DNA from: Kofleriaceae bacterium
GTDB lineage: Bacteria; Myxococcota_A; Polyangia; Haliangiales; Haliangiaceae
Assembly (NCBI GenBank): GCA_046597055.1
Contig: JBKJLC010000022.1
Location: 1 to 25,996 of the forward strand
Direction: 5' to 3'
Length of the DNA stretch: 25,996 nucleotides
Part shown: piece after piece, positions 1 through 11,561 of the stretch
Position numbering within the stretch: position 1 is the stretch's first letter
Layout: every line of letters begins with the position of its first letter
Notes under the pieces: model-generated
What the model saw: only the letters and a program-made list of their open reading frames with translations
Told to the model about the DNA's origin: nothing
The model's database searches: none
Position numbers and translations under genes: made by a program

Positions 1-1
1 G

Positions 2-16
2 TGGCACGGGCCGTGC
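2..16 (+). promoter_or_regulatory. Candidate sigma-54 (-24/-12) promoter
   Basis: TGGCACGGGCCGTGC: GG at 3-4 and GC at 15-16 give exact GG-N10-GC spacing, with a TGGCACG -24 box. It sits at the window edge, so no activator context is visible. Confidence 0.3.
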
Positions 17-105
17 GCGGCGCGCGGCGAAGGCGCCCCCCAGCCCCCCGGCAGGCGCCGGCAGGCATGCCTCGCTCCAGAAGCCAGTCACCCATAGAAC
101 CGGGC

Positions 106-258
106 CTGCCGCTGCCGTTGCCGCTGCCGCTGCCGCTGCCGCTGCCGCTGCCGCTGCCGCTGCCGTTGCCGCTGCCGCTGCCGCTGCCGCTGCCGCTGCC
201 GTTGCCGCTGCCGCTGCCGCTGCCGTTGCCGCTGCCGCTGCCGCTGCCGCTGCCGTTG
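106..258. repeat. Hexanucleotide tandem repeat (CTGCCG)~25 with five TTG-variant units
   Basis: Directly visible 153-bp array upstream of fabD. Confidence 0.95.
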
Positions 259-450
259 GCTGCGAGGGCTCGCGCAGCGGTGACCGGTCCCCCAGGGCAC
301 CCATCGGGTCGGCGTCCGGCGCGCGGCCTGGTCGGACCGGGCAGGGGCACTGCGCAGCGCCCCACGCACGTCACCCGGCTTACGCAGGTCGCCGATTTCT
401 CAGGCATCACCGCTTCCGCCGGCGATGGCTTCGTGCAAAGACAACCGGCG

Positions 451-1377
<927 letters not shown>

Positions 1378-1396
1378 GGCCGCTCCGGAGAACCAC

Positions 1397-2161
1397 ATGG
1401 CGATCATCGATCGAGCACTCGAAGGCCGCGTCGCGCTGGTCACCGGCGGATCGCGCGGCATCGGCCGGGCGATCTGCGTCGCGCTGGCCCGGCGCGGCGC
1501 CAAGGTCGTCGTCAACTACGCGGCGCGCGAGGATGCCGCCCGCGAGACCGCCGAGCTGTGTGTCCAGGCCGGCGGCCAGGCCAGCATCGCGGCGTTCGAT
1601 GTCGCCGACGCCGCCGCGGTCACCGAGTCGATCAAGCAGATCGGCAAGGACCACGGCAGCCTCGACGTGCTGGTCAACAACGCCGGCGTCGCGGTCAACG
1701 GCCTGGTCCTGCGCTACCGCGACGACCAGTGGCAGAAGACGATGGCGGTCAACCTCGGCGGCGCCTTCCACTGCGCCCGGGCCGCGGCCTCGCTGGTCAT
1801 GCGCGCGAAGGAGCGCGGCCGCATCGTCAACATCACGTCGGTGGTCGGCGAGAGCGGCAACGGCGGTCAGGTCGCCTACTCGGCCTCGAAGGCCGGCGTG
1901 ATCGGTTTGACCTTGTCGCTGGCCAAGGAGCTGGCGTCGCGCGGCGTGACGGTCAACGCGGTGTCGCCCGGCTTCATCGACACCGACATGACCGCCGAGC
2001 ACCTGCCCGAGGCCCAGCGCGCCAAGCTGCTCGAGCAGATCCCGCTGTCCCGGATCGGCGTGGCCGACGATGTCGCCCATGCCGTCGCCTTTCTGGCCGG
2101 CCCCGAGGCCGCCTATGTCACCGGTCAGGTCCTTCGCGTGAACGGTGGACTGTTGATGTAA
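1397..2161 (+). CDS. fabG: 3-oxoacyl-ACP reductase
   Basis: [17 protein letters not shown] (YxxxK), [15 protein letters not shown] at 1387-1390; lies between fabD and acpP. Confidence 0.95.
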   Translation: MAIIDRALEGRVALVTGGSRGIGRAICVALARRGAKVVVNYAAREDAARETAELCVQAGGQASIAAFDVADAAAVTESIKQIGKDHGSLDVLVNNAGVAVNGLVLRYRDDQWQKTMAVNLGGAFHCARAAASLVMRAKERGRIVNITSVVGESGNGGQVAYSASKAGVIGLTLSLAKELASRGVTVNAVSPGFIDTDMTAEHLPEAQRAKLLEQIPLSRIGVADDVAHAVAFLAGPEAAYVTGQVLRVNGGLLM

Positions 2162-2162
2162 C

Positions 2163-2189
2163 GCGGGGTTTTGTCGTAAAGACCCCCGC
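2163..2189 (+). other. Imperfect stem-loop between fabG and acpP
   Basis: GCGGGGTTTT-gtcgta-AAGACCCCCGC can pair with one G-U and one bulge. Confidence 0.4.
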
Positions 2190-2218
2190 AGCTACGCGTC
2201 TCGAAAAAGGAACGTCCC

Positions 2219-2458
2219 ATGTCTGATGCCATCGATCTGAAGGTCAAGGAGATCATCTGCCAGCAGCTCGAGGTCTCTCCCGAGCAGCTTCGCCCCGAGG
2301 CGTCGTTCGTCGACGACCTCAAGGCTGACTCGCTCGCGGTCGTCGAGCTCGTCCTGGCCCTCGAGCAGGAGTTCAAGCTCGAGATCCCCGAGGAGGACAC
2401 CGAGCGCATCAAGACGGTCAAGGACGCGACCGACTACATCAAGTCGCACGCCTCCTGA
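2219..2458 (+). CDS. acpP: Acyl carrier protein
   Basis: 79 aa acidic protein with the DDLKADSL phosphopantetheine Ser motif; AAGGA SD; fab operon context. Confidence 0.96.
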   Translation: MSDAIDLKVKEIICQQLEVSPEQLRPEASFVDDLKADSLAVVELVLALEQEFKLEIPEEDTERIKTVKDATDYIKSHAS

Positions 2459-2461
2459 TCC

Positions 2462-2482
2462 CGCCCGGGTCGCCCCCGGGCG
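2462..2482 (+). other. GC-rich stem-loop just after the acpP stop
   Basis: CGCCCGGG-tcgcc-CCCGGGCG, a perfect 8-bp stem with no U-tract. Confidence 0.45.
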
Positions 2483-2539
2483 ATCCATCCCCGGTCGCCG
2501 TCCCGGCGTGCCGGTCAATCTTTCGAGCCCAGGAGCCTC

Positions 2540-3793
2540 ATGCGCCGCGTGGTCATCACCGGAATTGGTCTCATCACTCCGGTCGGCATCGGCCGGGAGG
2601 AGAGCTGGAGCGCGCTCCTCGCTGGCAAGAGCGGCGCAGGGCCGATCACCTTGTTCGATGCCTCCGCTTACGCGACCCACTTCGCGTGCGAGGTGAAGGA
2701 CTGGGCTGCCAGCTCGGGAGCCTGGCTGGACAAGCGCGAGGTCAAGCACATGGACCGCTTCCTCCAGTTCGGGGTCGCGGCCGGGATGATGGCGGTCGCC
2801 GACGCCGGCTACGAGGGCAACAAGGTGCCCGCCGGTGAGGAGGATCGCTGGGGCGTCTTCATCGGCGCCGGTCTCGGTGGCGTGAAGGGGATCGAGGACA
2901 CCCACGACGCCGCGCGCGCCAAGGGGCCGCGCTATGGCTTCTCGCCCTACTTCGTCACCGACATCATCATCAACATGATCCCGGGGATGATCACGATCCG
3001 GACCGGCGCCCGCGGCCCGAACATGTCGCACGTGTCGGCGTGCTCGACTGGCGCCCACTCGATCGGCGAGGCGATGCGCACGATCCGCCACGGCTACGCC
3101 GACGTGATGATCGCGGGCGGCGCCGAGGCCACCGTCACGATGCTCGGCATCGGTGGGTTCAACGCGATGCGCGCGCTGTCGACCCGCAACGACGCGCCCG
3201 AAAAGGCGTCGCGGCCGTTCGACAACGAGCGCGACGGCTTTGTGATGGGCGAGGGCGCCGGCGTGGTCGTGCTCGAGGAGCTCGAGCATGCCCGGGCCCG
3301 CGGCGCCCGCATCTACGCCGAGCTCAAGGGCTACGCCGCCAACAGCGACGCGCACCACATCACCGCCCCCGCGCCCGAGGGCATCGGCGCCCAGCGCTGC
3401 ATGCGCCAGGCGCTGGCCGACGCCCGGCTCGCGCCCGAGGCGATCGACTACGTCAACGCCCACGGCACCTCGACCGAGTTCAACGACAAGAACGAGACCG
3501 CGGCGATCAAGGCGGTGTTCGGCGACCACGCCCGCAAGCTGGCGGTGTCGTCGACCAAGTCGATGACCGGGCACATGCTCGGTGCGGCCGGCTCGGTCGA
3601 GGCCGGCCTGTGCGCGCTGGCGCTCGAGCGCGGCGTCCTGCCGCCGACGATCAACTACGAGAACCCGGACCCGAACTGCGATCTCGACTACGTGCCGAAC
3701 CACGCCCGCGAGCAGCGGATCAGCAACGCGGTGTCGAACTCGTTCGGGTTCGGCGGTACCAACGCGACGCTGGTGATCGGCAAGGTGGACTGA
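2540..3793 (+). CDS. fabF: Beta-ketoacyl-ACP synthase II
   Basis: [16 protein letters not shown] (Cys), [34 protein letters not shown]. Confidence 0.96.
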   Translation: MRRVVITGIGLITPVGIGREESWSALLAGKSGAGPITLFDASAYATHFACEVKDWAASSGAWLDKREVKHMDRFLQFGVAAGMMAVADAGYEGNKVPAGEEDRWGVFIGAGLGGVKGIEDTHDAARAKGPRYGFSPYFVTDIIINMIPGMITIRTGARGPNMSHVSACSTGAHSIGEAMRTIRHGYADVMIAGGAEATVTMLGIGGFNAMRALSTRNDAPEKASRPFDNERDGFVMGEGAGVVVLEELEHARARGARIYAELKGYAANSDAHHITAPAPEGIGAQRCMRQALADARLAPEAIDYVNAHGTSTEFNDKNETAAIKAVFGDHARKLAVSSTKSMTGHMLGAAGSVEAGLCALALERGVLPPTINYENPDPNCDLDYVPNHAREQRISNAVSNSFGFGGTNATLVIGKVD

Positions 3794-3794
3794 G

Positions 3795-4250
<456 letters not shown>

Positions 4251-4255
4251 GCCCG

Positions 4256-4703
4256 TTGCGCTGTCCGTTCTGCGGTGAGGACGAGGACAAGGTCAACGAC
4301 TCGCGCCAGTCGAAGGACGCGCGCGAGATTCGCCGCCGCCGCGAGTGCGTGCGCTGCGGGCGCCGGTTCACGACCTACGAGCGGATCGAGGACGCGCTGC
4401 CGGCGGTGCTCAAGAACGACGGCCGGCGCGAGCCGTTCGACCTGCACAAGGTGATGCGCGGCATCTCGTTCGCGGTGATCAAGCGGCCGGTGTCGCTCGA
4501 GCAGGTCCGGGCGATCGCCGAGGACGTCGAGCGCGAGGTCGGCGAGCTGGGCGTCGACGAGATCGCGTCGCGCGAGATCGGCGAGCGGGTGCTGCCGCGG
4601 CTGCGCGCGCTCGACACCGTCGCCTACGTGCGGTTCGCGTCGATCTATCGCGACTTCGCCGACCTCGACCAGTTCGCCCGCGAGGTCCGCGCGCTGAAGA
4701 AGG

Positions 4704-4714
<11 letters not shown>
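4256..4714 (+). CDS. nrdR: Transcriptional repressor NrdR (Zn ribbon + ATP cone)
   Basis: TTG start giving (M)RCPFC...DSR...[18 protein letters not shown] and [18 protein letters not shown] upstream; precedes ribD. Confidence 0.95.
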
Positions 4715-5831
<1,117 letters not shown>

Positions 5832-5873
5832 ACGAGGGATCTCGAGTGGTTACCGCCTCCGCCACGCGCGCGG

Positions 5874-5917
5874 TTCTCATTCGCGCGTCCGGAGAGTAGA
5901 TTACCAGTCGTATGATC
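5874..5917 (+). promoter_or_regulatory. Candidate sigma-70 promoter with overlapping imperfect palindrome (possible TetR operator)
   Basis: TTCTCA (5874-5879)-N17-TAGATT (5897-5902). GATTAccagtcgtaTGATC (5899-5917) is an imperfect inverted repeat in an AT-richer patch overlapping the ATG. Confidence 0.35.
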
Positions 5918-6913
5918 AACAACTCAGGCGCATCGGTGCTGATGCTGGCCGGCCTGGTCGCCGCGGCCGGCTGCCGGCACGCCGATCTGACCGACGGGCG
6001 CTACCAGGGGATGGTCGAGCTCGAGCAGATCGATCTCGCGTTCGAGGTCGGTGGCCGCGTGATCGCGCGACCGGTCGTGGCTGGCGCGGCGGTGCGGGCC
6101 GGGCAGGTGATCGCCCGCCTCGACGACGCGGTCGATCGCGAGCAGCGCGCGATCCGGGTCCAGGAGGTCGCGGTGGCCCGCGCCGATCTGGCCGCGCTCG
6201 CCGCCGGCTCGCGGCCGGAGGACGTGCGCGCCGCCCGGGCCCAGCTCGCGGCCGCGACCACCACCGAGCAGATGCTGACCCGCGAGCGCGATCGGATCCA
6301 GACCCTGGTCGCGCAGGACGCGGTGCCGGCTGCCCAGCTCGACGACGCGCTGGCGCAGCTCGCGCGCGCCCACGGCGACCGGGCCGCGCTCGGCGAGCGG
6401 GTGCGCCTGCTCGACCGCGGCACCCGCGCCGAGGAGCTCGCCCGCGTCCAGGCGCGGGTCGCGCTGGCCGAGGCGGTGCTCGCGCTCGAGGACCGCAGGC
6501 TGGCCCAGCGGGTGCTGGTCGCGTCGATCGACGGCGTCGTCCTCGACGTCTACCCCGAGGTCGGCGAGGTGGTCGCCGCCGGCGCGCCGATCGCGTCGGT
6601 GGTCGATCGGGCCCACCCGTACGCCGACGTGTTCGTCCCGGTCGCCGAGGTGCCCGGCGTCCGGATCGGCGCGCCGATGCAGGTGGTGGTCGAGGGCGTG
6701 CCCGGCGAGCTGGCCGCCACCGTCGAGCGGGTGGCGTCGCGCGCGGAGTTCACCCCGCGGTTCGTGTACAGCCCGAGCGAGCGGCCTAACCTGACCGTGC
6801 GGGTCCGCCTGCGCTTGGTCGATCCCGACGGCCGCCTGCACGCCGGGCTGCCGGCGTACGCACGACCGGCCGACCTGCGCGCCGCGATCGCGCCGGTGGG
6901 AGCCGGCCGGTGA
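5912..6913 (+). CDS. HlyD-family periplasmic adaptor (YbhG-like), probable lipoprotein
   Basis: Lipobox-like AAGC, lipoyl-like halves, coiled coil, and the AEFTPRFVYS motif typical of YbhG-type adaptors. Confidence 0.88.
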   Translation: MINNSGASVLMLAGLVAAAGCRHADLTDGRYQGMVELEQIDLAFEVGGRVIARPVVAGAAVRAGQVIARLDDAVDREQRAIRVQEVAVARADLAALAAGSRPEDVRAARAQLAAATTTEQMLTRERDRIQTLVAQDAVPAAQLDDALAQLARAHGDRAALGERVRLLDRGTRAEELARVQARVALAEAVLALEDRRLAQRVLVASIDGVVLDVYPEVGEVVAAGAPIASVVDRAHPYADVFVPVAEVPGVRIGAPMQVVVEGVPGELAATVERVASRAEFTPRFVYSPSERPNLTVRVRLRLVDPDGRLHAGLPAYARPADLRAAIAPVGAGR

Positions 6914-7854
6914 CCGAGCCCGAGCTGGTCATCGAGACCCGCGGGCTGACCCGCCGGTTCGGCGCGCTGGTCGCGGTGCAGGGCATCGACCTCGCGGTCC
7001 GTCGCGGCGAGATCTTCGGCGTGCTCGGGCCTAACGGCGCCGGCAAGTCGACGCTGATCCGCATGCTGTGTGGGATCCTCGATCCATCGGCCGGGGACGG
7101 CCGGGTGGTCGGGTTCGACCTGCGCCGCGATCCCGAGCGCATCAAGGAGCGCATCGGCTACATGACCCAGCGCTTCAGCCTGTACGAGGACCTCACCGTC
7201 GAGGAGAACCTCGGCTTCTTCGCCGGCATCTACGGCGTGCCCCGCCGCGGTCGCCGGGCCCGGGTCGACGAGGTGCTCGACCACACCGGCCTGGCTCCGC
7301 GCCGGCGCCAGCTGGCCGGTACCCTGTCCGGCGGCTGGAAGCAGCGGGTCGCGCTGGCCTCGGCGACCATCCACCGGCCGCCCCTCCTGTTCCTCGACGA
7401 GCCGACCGCGGGCGTCGATCCGGTCAGCCGGCGTAGCTTCTGGGCCGAGATCCACCGGCTGGCCGCGGCCGGCACCACGGTGCTGGTCACCACCCACTAC
7501 ATGGACGAGGCCGAGCGCTGCCACCGGCTGGCGTTCATCTTCGGCGGCCGCCTGCTCGACGAGGGTCGCCCCGACGAGATCATCGCGCGCGCCGGGCTGC
7601 GCGCCGCCGAGATCGAGCTGGCCGACGATCCGGGCACCGCGGCCACCGCCGCGGCCACCATGGACGCGCTGGCGGCCCGGCCCGAGGTGGTCGGGGTCGA
7701 CGCGCTCGGCCACGCGCTGCGGGTGGTCACCCGCGGCGTCGATCCGGTCGCGCTGGCCGGCGCGGTCGCGCGGCTGGGCCGCACCACGCCGGCGCGGGTC
7801 TCGGTCGAGGACGCGTTCGTCGCGATGGTCCGCGACGAGGAGGCGCGGCCGTGA
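6910..7854 (+). CDS. ABC-2 transporter ATP-binding protein
   Basis: Walker A GPNGAGKS, signature LSGGWKQR, Walker B LFLDEPTAGVD, TTHYMDEAE; GTGA overlap with the adaptor gene. Confidence 0.94.
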   Translation: MTEPELVIETRGLTRRFGALVAVQGIDLAVRRGEIFGVLGPNGAGKSTLIRMLCGILDPSAGDGRVVGFDLRRDPERIKERIGYMTQRFSLYEDLTVEENLGFFAGIYGVPRRGRRARVDEVLDHTGLAPRRRQLAGTLSGGWKQRVALASATIHRPPLLFLDEPTAGVDPVSRRSFWAEIHRLAAAGTTVLVTTHYMDEAERCHRLAFIFGGRLLDEGRPDEIIARAGLRAAEIELADDPGTAATAAATMDALAARPEVVGVDALGHALRVVTRGVDPVALAGAVARLGRTTPARVSVEDAFVAMVRDEEARP

Positions 7855-8972
7855 GCGCGCTCGGCCGCATCGTGGTGATCACGCAGAAGGAGCTGCGTCA
7901 GCTCCGTCGCGACCGCATGAGCATGGGCATGATGGTGATGCTGCCCCTGATGCAGCTCCTGCTGTTTGGCTATGCGATCGACACCGACGTGCGCCACATG
8001 CCGACCGTCGTCTACGACGCCGATCGCAGCGCGGCCAGCCGCGATCTGGCACGCCGGCTCGCGGCGACCGGCTTCTACGACGTCACCGGCCCGGTCACCG
8101 GCTATCCCGAGATCGGGCGCGCCTTTCGCAGCGGCGAGGCCCGGGTCGCGCTGGTGGTGCCGGCCGGGTTCGCGGCCGGGCTCACCACCGGGCAGCCGGT
8201 CGCGGTCCAGCTGGTGGTCGACGGCGCCGACGCCCAGCTCGTCGCCAGCGCCAGCCAGACCGCGGCCAGCGTGGTCGCCGCCTGGTCGGCCGAGCTGCGC
8301 GCGGTGCGCTGGAGTGGCGGCGCGCTCGAGCCGGTCAGCCTGTCGACCTCGACCTGGTACAACCCTGACCTCCGGACCGCGGTGTACATCGTGCCCGGCC
8401 TGGTCGGCGTGATCCTGACGATGACGATGGTGATGTTCACCGCCATGGGCATCGCCCGCGAGCGGGAGCGCGGCACGCTCGAGCAGCTGATCGTGTCGCC
8501 GGTGCGATCGATCGAGCTGGTGGTCGGCAAGATCGTCCCGTACCTCGCGATCGGCTATCTGCAGATGACGATCATCCTCGCCGTCGGCACCACCGTGTTC
8601 GACGTGCCGATGGTCGGCTCGTGGCTCCTGCTCTACGCGATCGCCGCCTTGTTCATCGCTGCCAACCTGGCGCTCGGGCTGTTCTTCTCGACGCTGGCGC
8701 GCACCCAGCAACAGGCGATGCAGCTGTCGTTCTTCTTCCTGCTGCCCAACCTGCTCCTGTCGGGCTTCATGTTCCCGTTCGAGGGCATGCCGCGCTTCGC
8801 GCAGCTGCTCGGGCAGGCGGTGCCGCTCACTCACTTCCTGCGCATCATCCGCGGCATCGTGCTGCGCGGCGCGACCGCGGCCGATCTGGTACCCGAGGTC
8901 GGCTGGCTGGCGGTGATCGGCGGCGTGCTGATCCTCGCCTCGGCGGTGCGCTTCCAGAAGAAGCTGGCCTGA
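7851..8972 (+). CDS. ABC-2 type permease (YbhS/YbhR-like)
   Basis: KELRQLRRD, QLLLFGYAI, WYNPDL, RERERGTLEQL, LSGFMFPFEGMP; multiple TM helices. Confidence 0.92.
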   Translation: MSALGRIVVITQKELRQLRRDRMSMGMMVMLPLMQLLLFGYAIDTDVRHMPTVVYDADRSAASRDLARRLAATGFYDVTGPVTGYPEIGRAFRSGEARVALVVPAGFAAGLTTGQPVAVQLVVDGADAQLVASASQTAASVVAAWSAELRAVRWSGGALEPVSLSTSTWYNPDLRTAVYIVPGLVGVILTMTMVMFTAMGIARERERGTLEQLIVSPVRSIELVVGKIVPYLAIGYLQMTIILAVGTTVFDVPMVGSWLLLYAIAALFIAANLALGLFFSTLARTQQQAMQLSFFFLLPNLLLSGFMFPFEGMPRFAQLLGQAVPLTHFLRIIRGIVLRGATAADLVPEVGWLAVIGGVLILASAVRFQKKLA

Positions 8973-9571
8973 TGGCGCGCCCGGCCACCGACCTGCGCGA
9001 GCGCCTGCTGGCCGCCGCCCGCGACACCTTCGATCACCACGGCTTCGACGGGGCGTCGCTGCGCGCGATCGCGCGCAACGCCCGCACCACGATCGGGATG
9101 ATCTACTACTACTTCCCGACCAAGGACGCGCTGTGGGACGCGGTCATCGACGACACCTACCAGCGCGTCCTCGCCGAAATTGCCGCGGTGTTCGGCGCGC
9201 CCGGGCCGCTGCGTGGACAGCTGCGCCAGGCCGCCCAGCACATCGCGACCCTGTCCGCCGACGACCTGCGGGTGGTCCGCCTGGCGCTGCGCGACGCGCT
9301 GGCCTCGACCGCGCGCCGGCAGCGGCTGTTCGAGCGGTTCCGGCGCGGCCACATCCCGCTGGTGCTGGGCGCGGTCGCGCGCGCCCGGGCGTCGGGCGAG
9401 GTGGTCGCCGACGCGCCGGCGTCGATGGTGACGTTCGTTGCCGGGGTGGTTGCGGTGCTGTCGCACCTGGTGCTCGGCGCCCTCCCGCTGCCAGGCCTGC
9501 CGGTCGGTGACGAGCGCATCGACGTCGCCCTCGAGCTGCTGTTCGGCGGCATCGCCGGGCCCCGAGGCTGA
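8972..9571 (+). CDS. TetR/AcrR family transcriptional regulator
   Basis: RERLLAAARDTFDHHGFDGASLRAIARNA...IYYYFPTKDAL HTH; the ATG overlaps the permease TGA. Confidence 0.92.
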   Translation: MARPATDLRERLLAAARDTFDHHGFDGASLRAIARNARTTIGMIYYYFPTKDALWDAVIDDTYQRVLAEIAAVFGAPGPLRGQLRQAAQHIATLSADDLRVVRLALRDALASTARRQRLFERFRRGHIPLVLGAVARARASGEVVADAPASMVTFVAGVVAVLSHLVLGALPLPGLPVGDERIDVALELLFGGIAGPRG

Positions 9572-9629
9572 CGCTCCGCGGCGAAAACAGATCCTCGACC
9601 GCGCCCGCGGCCGACGTACGATGTCGCCG

Positions 9630-10445
9630 ATGCGTGCACGATCGGGGCGGGTGATGGTGAGCGGGCTGCTCGCGGTCGCGACCGGCTGCACCAGCGCCCC
9701 CACCCCGACCTTGCCCACCGATGCCGCGGTCGCGCCCGATGACGGCTCGCCACCGGTCGACGCGCCGGGCACCACGGCGCCGGTCGATGCCGCCGGGACC
9801 AGCACGGGCATGGCGCGGGTCGGCGCCCACGTGCTCGCCTACACGCGGACGTACACCGGCCAAGCCACGGTGATCACCGCGCCGATCACGACCCAGGCGA
9901 CCGGCAGCACGATCGTGGTCAGCACCGGGCGAGGCGTGGTCGCGGCGGCGGTCGCGCCGACCGACAGTCGCGGCAACCGGTACGACCAGCTCGGTGCCAC
10001 CCACACGTACGCGCTGTGGCCGACCTCGGGCACCTCGGTCTACGCCGCGGTCGGCGTGCAAGGTGGTGCCGGCCACACCGTGTCGGCGACCAAGCCGGTG
10101 GACGACGAGATCACCCTGGCCGCGGTCGAGATCGTCGCCGGCGGCACGATCCAGGATGCGGTGTGGCGCGAGGTGCGGGCCGGCAGTCCGCTCACCTCAC
10201 GCACGGTCACCACCACCGGCCGCGCGACCCTGGTCGCCTTCTGGTGGGGCGACGCCGGCATCCGCGATGACAAGACCGCGGTCCCTGACAACGGGTTCAC
10301 CGTGGTCGACTCGATCCTGCTGTCCGGTGAGCTGGTCCAGTGCGCGGTCGCCACCCGCGAGGTGGCGACCGCCGGGACCTACGACGTCACCTGGGTCGCG
10401 ACGCCGGTGCAGGGCGCGCAGCTCTGGCTGATCGCCGTGCAGTAG
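9630..10445 (+). CDS. Hypothetical lipoprotein (Pro/Thr/Asp linker + beta-rich domain)
   Basis: Basic N-terminus, hydrophobic stretch, VATGC lipobox, host-like codon usage; alternative start at 9621. Confidence 0.7.
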   Translation: MRARSGRVMVSGLLAVATGCTSAPTPTLPTDAAVAPDDGSPPVDAPGTTAPVDAAGTSTGMARVGAHVLAYTRTYTGQATVITAPITTQATGSTIVVSTGRGVVAAAVAPTDSRGNRYDQLGATHTYALWPTSGTSVYAAVGVQGGAGHTVSATKPVDDEITLAAVEIVAGGTIQDAVWREVRAGSPLTSRTVTTTGRATLVAFWWGDAGIRDDKTAVPDNGFTVVDSILLSGELVQCAVATREVATAGTYDVTWVATPVQGAQLWLIAVQ

Positions 10446-10504
10446 GGCCCGCGAACGAGTCCATCGGTCGATGATCGGGGGCGAGGCGCCCGGATGCCGG
10501 TGGG

Positions 10505-11401
10505 TCAGCCCGCGACTTCGGGCGCGGTGGTCGGCAGCGCGGCGCGCTCGGCACGGGCCACGCGCGCCGGCGCCGCCACGCCGTCGCGGATGTGATCGGG
10601 GACCTGGCGGACGTCCCAGATCACGCCGGTCCAGGACAGCGCGCGCAGCACGTAGAACGTGATGTCGACCTCCCACCAGTAGAAGCCCTGGCGGCACGAG
10701 CTCTGGTAGTGGTGGTGGTTGTTGTGCCAGCCCTCGCCGAGGGTGATGAGCGCGAGCAGCCAGTGGTTGCGCGACTCGTCGGTGGTCTGGTAGCGGCGCT
10801 TGCCGATCACGTGCGAGAGCGAGTTGATCGTGAAGGTGCCGTGCCAGAGGAGGACGGTCGACACGAAGAAGCCCCACACCAACGCGTGGGCGCCGCCGAC
10901 CGCGAACAGCACCACCGCCATCAGGACGCCGGGCAGGTGCTTGGCGCGATCGATCGCGACCAGCTCGGGGAAGCGGTTGAAGTCCTTGATGAGGTCGTGG
11001 TCGGCCGGGCCCGAGCCGTCCGAGGTGCTCCAGCCGAGGTGCGCGTACCAGAATCCGCGATGGACGGGCGAGTGGATGTCCTGCTCGTCGTCCGAGTGCC
11101 GATGGTGATGGCGGTGCTTGGCCGCCCACCACAGCACGCCGCGCTGCATCGTGGTCTGGGTGAAGAAGGCCAGCACCGCCTGGCCGACCCGCGACGTCTT
11201 GAACGTTCGGTGCGAGAAGTACCGGTGGTACCCGGCGCACACGAAGAACATCCGGGCGACGTACAGCGCCAGGGCGAGGAGCAGGCCGGTCCAGGACCAG
11301 CCCAGCGCCGCCACCCCGATGATTGCGGTCACGTGCACGCCCCAGAAGGGGAGCGAGCCGCGGTTCACGTATGTCCGCCACGTGGATGACTGCTTCACCA
11401 T
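10505..11401 (-). CDS. Membrane fatty-acid (delta-9 type) desaturase
   Basis: Three His boxes HRYFSH, HRHHH and GEGWHNNHH; TINSLSH; WWEVD; TM segments. Start placed at the ATG of MVKQ. Confidence 0.92.
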   Translation of the reverse strand: MVKQSSTWRTYVNRGSLPFWGVHVTAIIGVAALGWSWTGLLLALALYVARMFFVCAGYHRYFSHRTFKTSRVGQAVLAFFTQTTMQRGVLWWAAKHRHHHRHSDDEQDIHSPVHRGFWYAHLGWSTSDGSGPADHDLIKDFNRFPELVAIDRAKHLPGVLMAVVLFAVGGAHALVWGFFVSTVLLWHGTFTINSLSHVIGKRRYQTTDESRNHWLLALITLGEGWHNNHHHYQSSCRQGFYWWEVDITFYVLRALSWTGVIWDVRQVPDHIRDGVAAPARVARAERAALPTTAPEVAG

Positions 11402-11561
11402 TCCAGAGTGGCGGGGATGGCTGCCGGAAGCTGCCAGCACACGACGACGGTTCAGTCACGGTCCGGTCAGCGACCAGGATCTGGTCAGGAAACGACAAAG
11501 GCCTACATCTGGCCGGCGACCCGGTCGCAGCGGGCGCGGTCGGTCGTGATACACGAGGCTC

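Noticed and set aside
88..369. Minus-strand poly(Gln-Arg) ORF
   Set aside because: It is just the antisense reading of the hexamer repeat, with no other coding evidence.
1..450. 150-aa N-terminal extension of FabD with a poly(Leu-Pro) tract (ORF 1..1377)
   Set aside because: Family homology begins at ATG 451. Stop-free frames are expected in GC-rich repeats, and there is no convincing start signal.
11402..11561. FMN riboswitch upstream of ribE (or ribD)
   Set aside because: No RFN conserved segments recognised, and ribD overlaps nrdR, leaving no leader. An Rfam/Infernal scan would be decisive.
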